64,000 nt of DNA from an uncultured Chloroflexia bacterium. GTDB lineage: Bacteria; Chloroflexota; Limnocylindria; Limnocylindrales; CSP1-4. The translations under genes and the position numbers were made by a program. Positions 40,065 through 49,054 of the stretch are shown piece by piece. The DNA is taken from positions 384,001-448,000 of the forward strand of contig CAVTHS010000008.1 in NCBI GenBank assembly GCA_963734535.1, given 5' to 3'. The notes under the pieces are model-generated. The model did not search any database. It was not told the origin of the DNA and saw only the letters and a list, made by a program, of their open reading frames with translations. The first letter of the stretch is position 1, and each line of letters starts with the position of its first letter.

Positions 40065-40949
40065 ATGCCGATCGTCGCCGCCGAACTCCTTCGAAGCGTC
40101 GGGCTCAGCGCCGACGGACCTGTCGTCTGGGGCAGCCCCGTCCGTGCCAACGGCCCCGGCATCTACATCGTCGAGCTGCCGGTGGTGCCGGAGCGCGCAC
40201 CGGTCGACATCTCGGCGGTCGGGACGTGGCTCAGCCGCGTGCCCACGCTCGCGGTCGACGGTGAGCGGCCGACGGGCAAGGGGCTCGCCGCACGCCTCGC
40301 CGCGTGGTGGCTCCCCGGGGAGCCGATCGTCTTCATCGGGAGCACCGGGAAGTCGATCGCGCGCCGCGTCGACGCCTTCTACCGCACGCCGCTCGGGGAC
40401 GCGCGCCCGCACGCCGCGGGGCAGTGGCTCAAGGCCCTCACGAACCTCGGGCGCGCGCGCGTCTGGTGGGCATCGACCGACGCCGCGGAGGAGTACGAGG
40501 ACGCCTGCTTCGAGGCGTTCGCCGCCGCCGTCCCGGCCGAGGTCCGGGCGAACATCCCCGGCAAGGGCCCTGTCCTCCCCTTCGCCAACCGCCGCCACCC
40601 CAACGGCACCGCGCGGCCCGATGGGGTCACCGGATCCACGGTCGAACCACCCGCGCCCGCCGAGCCGGTCGCGGCCGGGAAGGGCGCGGTCCGGCGGAGC
40701 CCAACCACCATCTCCGACGATGACCTTGCCCGGGTGAACGAGCTGCTCCAGGACCTCGCCTGCGGCGAGCCCGGCCTGGAGATCACGCCCTCGCAGGCGA
40801 ACGCCGAGGGATCCATCCGGCGCCTGCTCGGGGAATCGCCCGCTCGTCCCGCCAGCGCGCTCGGTCAGCTGCTGCGAGCCGGGAGGATCGCCGGGGCCCA
40901 CCAGGACCTGGATGGTCGCTGGGCGATCCGCTGCACGCGGCGAGGCTGA
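40065..40949 (+). CDS. Hypothetical protein, GIY-YIG-like fold with extra C-terminal domain
   Basis: PGIYIV...IVFIGST..SI.RR spacing resembles GIY-YIG; TACCAT -10 just upstream. Confidence 0.55.
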   Translation: MPIVAAELLRSVGLSADGPVVWGSPVRANGPGIYIVELPVVPERAPVDISAVGTWLSRVPTLAVDGERPTGKGLAARLAAWWLPGEPIVFIGSTGKSIARRVDAFYRTPLGDARPHAAGQWLKALTNLGRARVWWASTDAAEEYEDACFEAFAAAVPAEVRANIPGKGPVLPFANRRHPNGTARPDGVTGSTVEPPAPAEPVAAGKGAVRRSPTTISDDDLARVNELLQDLACGEPGLEITPSQANAEGSIRRLLGESPARPASALGQLLRAGRIAGAHQDLDGRWAIRCTRRG

Positions 40950-41039
40950 GGGCTCGATCGGACGCTCGTCACCGGCGGTCCGTAGGGGCCACGAGGGGTA
41001 GACTCGGGGCATTCCTGATCGCATCTCCCGGAGTCATCC

Positions 41040-41513
41040 ATGCCTGTTCGACCAAGCCTCGCCGTGATCGCGCACGACGGGAAGAAGACCGATCTCGTGG
41101 CCTACGCCACGTACAACCGCGAGGTTCTCGCGCAGTTCGACCTCTACGCGACCGCGACCACCGGGCGCCTGCTCGCGGAGAAGGTCGGGCTCGACGTGGT
41201 GACCAAGCTGTCAGGCCCGCTCGGCGGCGACGCGCAGATCGCGGCCATGGTCGCCGAGGGCAAGATCCGCGCCGTCCTCTTCTTCGTGGATCCCCTGAGC
41301 GCGCACCCGCACGATCCGGACATCCGGACGCTCCTCCGCGTCTGCAACGTGCACAACGTCCCGATCGCAACGTCGCTCGCGGCTGCGGACCTCTTCCTGA
41401 CCTCGCCGCTCCTCTACGTGGGGATGAACGAGGAGGCGGACTTCCTCGAGGCCGGGACCGAGGTGCTGGGCGTCGGCGCGGCGCAGGGCCGCGGCCCGAG
41501 TCGCGCCTCGTAG
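41040..41513 (+). CDS. mgsA: Methylglyoxal synthase
   Basis: AVIAHD.KK, ATATTG, SGPLGGDAQI, FFVDPL..HPHDPDI..LLR.C.VHNVP.AT. Confidence 0.96.
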   Translation: MPVRPSLAVIAHDGKKTDLVAYATYNREVLAQFDLYATATTGRLLAEKVGLDVVTKLSGPLGGDAQIAAMVAEGKIRAVLFFVDPLSAHPHDPDIRTLLRVCNVHNVPIATSLAAADLFLTSPLLYVGMNEEADFLEAGTEVLGVGAAQGRGPSRAS

Positions 41514-41519
41514 GCAAAC

Positions 41520-41624
41520 CCGGCGCCGGACTGCGCTACCGGCGCCGGACTGCGCTACCGGCGCCGGACGGCGCTCCCGGCGTCGGACGGCGCTCCCGGC
41601 GTCGGACGGCGCTCCCGGCGCCGG
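41520..41624. repeat. Intergenic tandem repeat, ~5.5 x 19 bp, with palindromic CCGGCGCCGG core
   Basis: Units start at 41520, 41539, 41558, 41577, 41596 and 41615 (CCGGCGYCGGACKGCGCTM). Confidence 0.9.
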
Positions 41625-41630
41625 GCATGA

Positions 41631-41665
41631 ACGGCAGGCAGGAGCTCTCGGCTCCCGCCCGCCGT
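41631..41665 (-). terminator. Stem-loop between convergent genes, probable terminator
   Basis: 15-bp stem ACGGCAGGCAGGAGC / GCTCCCGCCCGCCGT, fully paired with two G-U pairs on the minus strand; weak U-tract. Confidence 0.5.
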
Positions 41666-41703
41666 CGAACCGTCCGAGGAACGGATCGCCCGTGAGGGTC
41701 AGA

Positions 41704-42330
41704 TCATGCGCGGATGGCCGCGAGGCGGCGCGCCGTCACGACGAAGCCGAGGACCGCAAGCCCCGCAAACAGGAGCGCGGGCACCTCGTCGCTGCCGTTC
41801 GGGGACCCGGTGCCCGCCGGGGACGTCGAGGTCGGGGGCGGCGTCGCTGCCTGCGAGGTTGCCGTCGCCGCGGGCGTCGGGGTCGCCGCGGCTGCGAGGA
41901 CGACGGCCTGCCAGCCCGGGTAGATCCCGTTGGTGTCGCCGGGCGCGGCGTCCTTGGCGAAGAAGTAGAGGGGCTTGCCGTTGTACGTGACCTGGATCGC
42001 CGCCGCGGAGCCTGTCGAGGCATCAGTCCGGGTGATCGTGCCGAGCGTGCCCGTGACAGTCGAGTCGCCGGTCGGGGTTGCGCCGGCGCCGATGGTCAGG
42101 GCGGGCCAGTTGGTCAGGCATCCGCCGGTGCAGTTGCTGACGCCGCTGCCCGCCACGTCCTTGTCGAACGTGTAGACGGTCATCTGGTTGCTCGAGGCGA
42201 CCATCAGCGTCCCGTGCGTGCCGATTACCTTGCCGGCCACGACCTGCGTGTCAGCGGCCGCGACGATGCCCGGTAGGACGAGCGCAACGATGGCCGCGGC
42301 AGCGGCGAAGCTGGCGAGCCGGTGTTTCAT
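41704..42330 (-). CDS. Secreted COG4315 (Y-x4-D repeat, Lipoprotein_15-like) protein with C-terminal sorting-signal-like tail
   Basis: Signal peptide; MTVY.FDKD......C.G.C...WP, QVTYNG.PLY.F.KD..PGD.NG; ends PPPTST-linker-TM-RR. Confidence 0.85.
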   Translation of the reverse strand: MKHRLASFAAAAAIVALVLPGIVAAADTQVVAGKVIGTHGTLMVASSNQMTVYTFDKDVAGSGVSNCTGGCLTNWPALTIGAGATPTGDSTVTGTLGTITRTDASTGSAAAIQVTYNGKPLYFFAKDAAPGDTNGIYPGWQAVVLAAAATPTPAATATSQAATPPPTSTSPAGTGSPNGSDEVPALLFAGLAVLGFVVTARRLAAIRA

Positions 42331-42458
42331 CAGTGAGGCCTCCCAGGTGACCGTGGGCTTGTGCCACGGTGTGGGGGGTACTACGCCGGCGTCGGGCCAA
42401 CGGATCTCGGGGTGCTCGCGCACACTCGCGCACACTCGCGCACAACAGAACGCTGCGG

Positions 42459-45400
42459 TCAGGCTCCCGGCAGGGACATCTCGACGAGCCGGCAGAGCGC
42501 GTTTGCGAGGCGCATCTGGCGCGGCGTCTGGCATTCGACGCGAACGAGGGCGGGCGACGCGACGACCGCCGCGACGCAGCGCGCGCGCGAGGTGGCCACG
42601 TTCAGCCGGTTGAGCGAGTACAGGAACTCCATGCCCCGCGGCGCATCTTCCGGTGACGAGGAGCCCATCGCATAGATCGAGAGCGGCGCCTGCTGGCCCT
42701 GGAACTTGTCGACGGTGCCGACCCGGACGCCGCCCAGGCCGGCCGCCCGGAGGGCCGCCGAGATTCGGTCCACGTGCGCGTTGTACGGCGCCACCACGAC
42801 CACGTCCTCCGGGCGGAGCGGCGCCTCCCGCCCCTCCGCGTTCGTCCAGGACGCGGAGGTCGCGGGGTCGAACAGGTCCCCGAGGAGCCGCGCAATCTCG
42901 GCGGCCTCCTCCGGGCTGTCGACGTCGTTCGCGGTGTGCTTCACGGGCAGCCAGCGGATCCCGGCCCCCCGCAGGGGCGGCACACCGGGCCTCGATGCGG
43001 GAGGCACGCCGTGCACGGTCTGCAGCTCGCGCCCGGGTTCGGGCGTCAGCTTCGATTCGTAGAAGACCTCGCTCGTGAACGCGCAGACGTCGGGATGGAG
43101 CCGCCACGTCTTCTCGATGAACAGGCCACGATCGAGGGGCATCGTGGCATGGGGCGGCTGTCCCGGGTTCCCCGCGAGCAGGTGGGCGAGGGCGCTGCGC
43201 TCCGCGCCGGGCGGATGGCTCCCCTTGAGGGGCTGGTCGAGCTGCTGGGGATCGCCCAGGAGCACGAGCGAGGTCGCGGCCGGTGACATCGCAACCGTCG
43301 TGGCCAGGTTCATCTGGCCCGCCTCGTCGACGAGGAGAACGTCGACGCTGCCTGCCATGGCGAGGTTTGACCAGAGCCAGGCCGTGCCCCCGACCACGTG
43401 CACGGCGCCCGCGGCGAGGGCCGAGGCGATGTCCCGCGCCTCGCCGAGGGGCCGCGCGGCGCCACACGTGGGCTCCTCGTCCGTGGCCGGCTTCTGGCCG
43501 ATGACGATGGGCGCACCGGCTGCGGTGGTGGCCCCGGTCTCCCGTGCCGCCTCGACCACGGCGTCGAGCATGTTGCCGATCACCTTGTGGCTGGTGGCGG
43601 CCACCCCCACGGTCCTACCCGCGGCCACGAGGGCGAGGATCATCCGTGCCCCGGTGTACGTCTTCCCGGTGCCGGGTGGGCCCTGGATCGCGAGGGTGCC
43701 CTCGCCGAGGACCAGCGCGTGGCGCACGGCCGCGTCCAGGGCGCGCTCGCCGGCAGCCTGGAGCGCCGCGCCCGGAGGGCTTCCCGGGATCCGCGGGGGA
43801 CGGCGGAGAACGAGCTCGCGTCCAGCCCGGTCGGGGCCTGCGGCCGCGATTCCCTCGTCGGCGACCCACGCGCCGATCCGGAGCAGCGAATCCTCGATCA
43901 CGACCGTGCTCACGAAGTCGTACGGGATCAGCGAGACGGGCATCCCGCGCTCCAGCTCCGCGCTCGTGCGGTGAAGCGTGACCGTTCCGACGAGATCGTC
44001 CACCTCGCGGACCGTGCCGACCGACCGCTGCGTCCGCGGGTCGTCGACCCGGCGTCCCTCCTTCACCGCGTGATCCTGGGGAGGGAACCGGAATCGCTGG
44101 AGGCGTGCGCCACGCCGGCTGACTTCGCCGAGGTCGGCGTCGAGCTCGACCATCCCGATCGGCTCACGCTCCTCGGCGAGGTCGGCGTCGGTCATGCCAC
44201 AGAGCGCGTAGTAGCGCCACCAGAAGGCCTTGTTCTCGCGGCGGTGCCAGCCCATCAGCTGCGCCAGGAGCCACGTCGAGCGCTGCTCCTCGGTCGTCGT
44301 CGGGGCCGCGAGGTCGATCTCCTCGAGGCCGCGTGTCAGCGCCGCCACCACCTCGGCGACCCTTGCCGCCCGGCCCTCAAGCTCGGGAGGCTCGACGGCT
44401 TCGGGCTGGAGGGGTGGCCGCGGGATCTCGATCCCGAGCCGCTCGCCAAGATCGCGCCGCCGGAGCTCGAGCCAGTCGCGGAGGCGCCACGTGCTCAGCA
44501 CGTCGTCGCGGTTGTAGCCCTCGATCCCACGGAGGATCTGGTCGCCGACCAGCCCTTCGGCGGTGGCGCCGCGACCGAGCCAGACCTCGAACTCGACGAT
44601 GCTGCTCCCCGCGTCCTTGAGGGCGACCTCGCGATGAAGCCCGTAGAGAGGCTCGAGGCGCTTGATGGAGTAGCTCTCGACGCTGGCCCGGATCCCCTGG
44701 CGCACGACGCGATAGAGGTCCACGAGCACGCGGCCACGCAGGAGCCGGTCCACCTCGTCCTCGCGGGTCGCATGGCGCTGGGCCAGTCGAGCCAGCGCCG
44801 TCTTCTCGTACGCCGCGTAGTGGTACACGTGCAGCGAAGGGTCCGCGTCGAGGCGCGCGATCACGAAGTCGACCATGTGCTCGAAGGCGGCCTTCTCGGC
44901 CGCCAGGGTGACGAGGCCCTCGGCGTCACGGCTCCAGAACGCATGGAATCGCGGCGCGACCGAGCCCCGGCCGTCGGGCGCCCACCGCGGGTCCACCTCG
45001 GCGGCCGTGCCCGGATCGTCGGGCGCCCACCGCGGGTCCACCTCGGCGGCCGCCGGATCGAGGATGCCGAAGAGGTAGTCGATCCCGTCGTCGAACGCGA
45101 ACGGGTCGCCTTCGAGGTCGAGGAACAGGTCGTTCGCCGATGGCTCGGGCAGCACCAGGAACCCGCGATCCGCGACGAGCGTTCGTGCTCCGGTTCCTTC
45201 GACGCCAGACCACTCGGGATCGAGCAGCTCCCAGAGGATCTCGCCGCGGTCCTCGCCCTCGACCTGGATCCGGGCCTGCTCGCGGACGCGCGCCAGCGCG
45301 GCGTCACCGCTTCCGTCGAGCCTCGGCCGAAGCGGGAGGTGGAGCGCGGCAAGGCCGCGGCGCGTGCGGACGGGGCCCGGCGGCAGCTCCGGGCCGCGCT

Positions 45401-46208
45401 CCTTGAGCCCGCGTCGCTGCCGGCCGGTGATGCCCGCGACGAGGCTCAGGTCGTCGTCGGCGCGGCGGCGGTCGCGACAGGCCGCCCACCAGCGACACAC
45501 ATCGCAATGCTGGACCGGGTCCGGGTAGGTGTTCGCCGGCGGATAGACCGGCCGGCCAACGTGCCGCTCGTCCGCTGCGGCCATGAAGTCGGCCTTCACG
45601 CGCCGGTAGTACGCCATGAAGTCGTCGACCCGGAGGACGACGGTCTCACGGGCGCTGCCGCCGAGCGCAACGTGGAGCCGCTCCGGCTGCGTCCCCTGGA
45701 CCCGGGTCAGCTGGTCGACGTACGAGCAGATCTGGACGACGGCGGAAGCCTTGACGTGGCGGGCAAGCTTCGTGTCGGCAACCTCGTAGTGCCAGGCACC
45801 GAGCGCGCTGTCCGTTTCCGCGGGCTCGTGGTCGACCCGGAGCAGGAAGTCGGCATGACCACGCCAGGTTCCGTCGAAGAACGTGGCCTGGTAGACGACG
45901 TCCGCCCCGTCGAGCATTGCCCGGCGGGTCAGCTCGGCGGCATCCGCGAGGCCTGCTCGCGTGTTCGCGACCGAGCCATCGCGCGAGATCTCGACGATCC
46001 GCCGGCCGGCCGCCGCCAGGTCAGCGAGGTAGCGCTTCTCGTGCTCGTACCCGCGTGCCTGGACAAGCTCGATCGTCGGGTCGCTCCGGATCGGCTTCGT
46101 GACCAGGCCCGCCAGCGCCGCCCGCTCGAGCTCGAAACGGTGCCCGCAGGCGAGGAAGCCCACGAGGTCGGTCGCGGAATAGACGGGCGCGCCGTCGAGG
46201 AGCTGCAT
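42459..46208 (-). CDS. TM0106-family RecB-like nuclease / RNase H-like / SF1 (DNA2/NAM7-like) helicase fusion
   Basis: SATDL..FL.C, G.ADFL, YEV.DTKLA, C..C.W...C, FLDLEGDP, HYAAYE, SYSIK.LE, YN.DD, IQGPPGTGKT, VDEAGQ, LGDPQQL, GTVDKFQGQ, RLNVA.SRA. Confidence 0.93.
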   Translation of the reverse strand: MQLLDGAPVYSATDLVGFLACGHRFELERAALAGLVTKPIRSDPTIELVQARGYEHEKRYLADLAAAGRRIVEISRDGSVANTRAGLADAAELTRRAMLDGADVVYQATFFDGTWRGHADFLLRVDHEPAETDSALGAWHYEVADTKLARHVKASAVVQICSYVDQLTRVQGTQPERLHVALGGSARETVVLRVDDFMAYYRRVKADFMAAADERHVGRPVYPPANTYPDPVQHCDVCRWWAACRDRRRADDDLSLVAGITGRQRRGLKERGPELPPGPVRTRRGLAALHLPLRPRLDGSGDAALARVREQARIQVEGEDRGEILWELLDPEWSGVEGTGARTLVADRGFLVLPEPSANDLFLDLEGDPFAFDDGIDYLFGILDPAAAEVDPRWAPDDPGTAAEVDPRWAPDGRGSVAPRFHAFWSRDAEGLVTLAAEKAAFEHMVDFVIARLDADPSLHVYHYAAYEKTALARLAQRHATREDEVDRLLRGRVLVDLYRVVRQGIRASVESYSIKRLEPLYGLHREVALKDAGSSIVEFEVWLGRGATAEGLVGDQILRGIEGYNRDDVLSTWRLRDWLELRRRDLGERLGIEIPRPPLQPEAVEPPELEGRAARVAEVVAALTRGLEEIDLAAPTTTEEQRSTWLLAQLMGWHRRENKAFWWRYYALCGMTDADLAEEREPIGMVELDADLGEVSRRGARLQRFRFPPQDHAVKEGRRVDDPRTQRSVGTVREVDDLVGTVTLHRTSAELERGMPVSLIPYDFVSTVVIEDSLLRIGAWVADEGIAAAGPDRAGRELVLRRPPRIPGSPPGAALQAAGERALDAAVRHALVLGEGTLAIQGPPGTGKTYTGARMILALVAAGRTVGVAATSHKVIGNMLDAVVEAARETGATTAAGAPIVIGQKPATDEEPTCGAARPLGEARDIASALAAGAVHVVGGTAWLWSNLAMAGSVDVLLVDEAGQMNLATTVAMSPAATSLVLLGDPQQLDQPLKGSHPPGAERSALAHLLAGNPGQPPHATMPLDRGLFIEKTWRLHPDVCAFTSEVFYESKLTPEPGRELQTVHGVPPASRPGVPPLRGAGIRWLPVKHTANDVDSPEEAAEIARLLGDLFDPATSASWTNAEGREAPLRPEDVVVVAPYNAHVDRISAALRAAGLGGVRVGTVDKFQGQQAPLSIYAMGSSSPEDAPRGMEFLYSLNRLNVATSRARCVAAVVASPALVRVECQTPRQMRLANALCRLVEMSLPGA

Positions 46209-46337
46209 GCACGCGGCATGCTACGGGCTCTCGGTGCCAGCTTGCCTGGCGCGGGAGTTACGGCAACGGCGGTGGCGCCCCGCCGACGAGGCACGCTGCA
46301 CCGGGCAGAGCTGGTGCCAACCCAACCCCCCTCGCTC

Positions 46338-47663
46338 TCAGGAGCCTGGAGCCTGCGCGGTGGTCGCGGGGAGCCGGACCTCGAAGCGCGCCCCGCCCTC
46401 GGGGCGATTGGCGGCGGACATCGCGCCACCGTGCGCCTCCACGATCCACGCGGCGATCGACAGCCCCAGCCCGGTGCCGCCGGCCGGCGCGTTGTCGGCG
46501 CGCCAGAAGCGCTCGAAGATCCGCGGCAGGTCCTCGTCGCGGACCCCGGGTCCCTGGTCCTCGACGCTGAGCACGGCGTGCTGCCCGTCGGGGCGGACCC
46601 GCACCGAGACGGTGGTCCCGGCTGGGCTGTGCACGAGTGCGTTGTCGGCGAGGATTGTCACGAGCTGGCGAAGGCGGAGTGCGTCGCCGATCACGAGCGC
46701 GGGCCGCGGATCGACCTCGAGCTGGACCCCGCGCTGCGCCGCGACCGGCGTGAGGGGGCCGGCCGCCTCGGCGGCGACGTCTGCCAGGTCGAGCGGGACG
46801 TGCTCGAGGGCCAGGGCACCCGAATCCGTGCGGGCCAGGAGCAGGAGGTCCTCCACCAGCGCAGTGAGGTGCGAGACCTCGGCGTCGATGTCGTCGAGCG
46901 CCTCGCCGACGGTCTCCACGGGCTGCTTCCTGTTGCGCCGGAGGTCGGCGACGCTCGCGCGGATGACGGTCAGCGGCGTGCGGAGCTCGTGGCTCGCGTT
47001 CGCGGTGAACTCCCGCTGGCGCCGGAGCGCGGCGTCCCGCCGATCCATCGACGATCGCACCGGGATGAGGGCACGCCCCGCATAGACGTAGCCCGCGGCA
47101 AGGGCCAGCAGGAACGCGGCCAGGCCGCCGAATGCGAGCACGGTGAGGAGCGTCGAGAGGAGCTGCACCTCGGACGACCGCTCGCCGAGCACCTGCACGA
47201 CGTAGGCGCCGTCCGCCCGGGTGACCGACACCGAGTAGACGCGGACCGGGATCGACGAGACCTCGATCTGGCGCACGTCGACGACTCCGGCCCGGGCGGC
47301 CGCGACACCCGCCGGGTCGGGAATCCCGTCGATCGCCTGGACCTCGGCCGGCCCGACGAGCCCTCCATCGGGGCGGACGATGAGCGCGAGCGTCCCGGAC
47401 GCCTCGCCACTGAAGCCCGGCCCCAGCACGAATTGGTCCGGGATCTGCCCAGGCCGCTGGAGCAGCCGCTCGAGCCCATCCGCCCGGGTGGCCAGGAGAT
47501 CCGTTCCCCGGGCCGCCAGCGACCCCGAGACCGCGGCGTAGAGCGCCGCGCCGAGCAGGACGAGAATGAGCAGGGTGAGTCCGCCGCTCCACGCGAGAAG
47601 GCGAAGCCGCGTACGCCGGAGAAGCGCTGCGTCGCCGCCCTCGCGCGGGGCCTCAGCTGCCAC
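46338..47663 (-). CDS. Sensor histidine kinase
   Basis: Two TM helices; H-box FTANASHELRTPL; N-box DNA; V.DQGPG; IFERFWR; GTGLGLSI. Confidence 0.95.
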   Translation of the reverse strand: MAAEAPREGGDAALLRRTRLRLLAWSGGLTLLILVLLGAALYAAVSGSLAARGTDLLATRADGLERLLQRPGQIPDQFVLGPGFSGEASGTLALIVRPDGGLVGPAEVQAIDGIPDPAGVAAARAGVVDVRQIEVSSIPVRVYSVSVTRADGAYVVQVLGERSSEVQLLSTLLTVLAFGGLAAFLLALAAGYVYAGRALIPVRSSMDRRDAALRRQREFTANASHELRTPLTVIRASVADLRRNRKQPVETVGEALDDIDAEVSHLTALVEDLLLLARTDSGALALEHVPLDLADVAAEAAGPLTPVAAQRGVQLEVDPRPALVIGDALRLRQLVTILADNALVHSPAGTTVSVRVRPDGQHAVLSVEDQGPGVRDEDLPRIFERFWRADNAPAGGTGLGLSIAAWIVEAHGGAMSAANRPEGGARFEVRLPATTAQAPGS

Positions 47664-47689
47664 GAGGATCGCCTCCCCCGCGCAGGACG

Positions 47690-48361
47690 TCAGCTGCCAC
47701 GAAGGCGATACCCCATCCCACGGACTGTCTCGATGCAGGCCGCGCCGTCCGGCCCCAGCTTCTCGCGAAGGAGATGGATGTATGCCTCGACCGTGTTCGG
47801 GGTCAGGGCGGCCCCATATGGCCACGCATAGTCGAGCAGCTGATCGCGGCTCAGGACCTGTCCCGGCCGGCGCAGGAGGCACTCCAGGATCGAGTACTCG
47901 CGGCCGCTGAGCTGGACTTCCTTCCCGGCCACGGTGACCCGGCGCAGGGCCTCGTCGAGCATGATCGAGCCCGCCGTGAGGCGCATCGTCGAGCGTGGCG
48001 GCGGTCGCCGGCCCAGCGCGCGGAGCCGTGCCAGCAGCTCCTCATACGCGAAGGGCTTGACGAGGTAGTCGTCCGCCCCTGCGTCCAGCCCCGCGACCCG
48101 GTCCCCGACCGCGTCACGGGCCGTGAGCATCAGGATCGGCACCGCGTTTCCGGCCCGGCGGAGCTGGCGCGCGACCTCGAACCCGGACCGGTCCGGCAGT
48201 CCGACGTCGAGGATGACGGCATCGAGGCCCGGCGAAGCGCCGGCGACCTCGAGGCCTTCGTCGGCCGTCTCGGCCGTCTCCACCACGTGGCGATCCTGCG
48301 TCAGGAGCCTCCGGAGGAGCCGGACGAGCCGCGCGTCATCCTCGATGACCAGCAGGTGCAC
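47690..48361 (-). CDS. OmpR-family response regulator
   Basis: LVIEDD, ILDVGLP, LMLTA, GADDYL.KPF, wHTH ending ETVRG.GY. Confidence 0.96.
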   Translation of the reverse strand: MHLLVIEDDARLVRLLRRLLTQDRHVVETAETADEGLEVAGASPGLDAVILDVGLPDRSGFEVARQLRRAGNAVPILMLTARDAVGDRVAGLDAGADDYLVKPFAYEELLARLRALGRRPPPRSTMRLTAGSIMLDEALRRVTVAGKEVQLSGREYSILECLLRRPGQVLSRDQLLDYAWPYGAALTPNTVEAYIHLLREKLGPDGAACIETVRGMGYRLRGS

Positions 48362-48406
48362 GAGATCTCCTGTGCGCGTAAGGCAGGTTCGTGCCGTGGA
48401 TGCCCG

Positions 48407-49042
48407 TCAGGGCGTGATCAGCGTGACGTCACGGGCGGTGATCGTCCGCGTCGCGGCGCTTGCGCCCGGAACCGGGTTCGCGTCCGCGCCCGGGCTCGCA
48501 CCCGGGACACCCTGGCCGCCGAAGCCGCCGGCGACCTGGACCTCGACCTGGACCTGCTTCCCGGCCGTCACGTCGGCGACCGTTGCCGCCGCCTGCGCAT
48601 GGTACGTCGTGGTGCCGGCAAGGTTCACCGTGACCGTGCCGCCGTTGGCCTCCTTGAGGGTCATGGTCGTGCCGGAGATCGAGTCGACGGTGCCGGTGAC
48701 GAGGACGCCGCCGCCGAAGCCGCCGCGTGCGAAGCCCGTGCCCGGGCTCGCGCCGGCAGCGCCGGTTCCGCCAGTGCCGAATCCGCCAGTGCCGAATCCG
48801 CCATTGCCGCGCGTCGTTGCGGCCGCCGCCGGGGCGGTGATTCGGCCGACAGCGAACGTCACGCCGCCGACGGCGATGAGGAGGCCCACGGCCAATAGGA
48901 TGGTGAACGTCCGGTCTGCCTTCTTGGCGGGGGCGATCACGGGCGGCGGCGGTGTCGAAACGGTATGGCTGAACGGCGCGGCCGACGGCACCTGGGATCC
49001 GGCCTGCGGACCAGGCTCGACGGGCGCAAAGGGATCACTCAC
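48407..49042 (-). CDS. Membrane-anchored Gly-rich protein with DUF5666-like OB-fold
   Basis: One TM; GGF repeats; GTV.SI.G.T.T.....G.TVTV....T. Confidence 0.65.
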   Translation of the reverse strand: MSDPFAPVEPGPQAGSQVPSAAPFSHTVSTPPPPVIAPAKKADRTFTILLAVGLLIAVGGVTFAVGRITAPAAAATTRGNGGFGTGGFGTGGTGAAGASPGTGFARGGFGGGVLVTGTVDSISGTTMTLKEANGGTVTVNLAGTTTYHAQAAATVADVTAGKQVQVEVQVAGGFGGQGVPGASPGADANPVPGASAATRTITARDVTLITP

Positions 49043-49054
49043 TGGGCAGTCCTT

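Noticed and set aside
41520-41624. Possible mini-CRISPR
   Set aside because: 19-bp period with near-identical 9-bp linkers; too short and not unique enough to be spacers.
42459-46208. Cas4 / CRISPR-associated nuclease
   Set aside because: The RecB-like domain is part of a TM0106 helicase fusion; no cas1/cas2 or array nearby.
43398-47831. 1477-aa plus-strand ORF and the many other long antisense or alternate-frame ORFs (e.g. 2205..5171, 36065..38686)
   Set aside because: Arg/Pro/Gly-rich shadow frames of real genes, expected in very high-GC DNA; no recognisable motifs.
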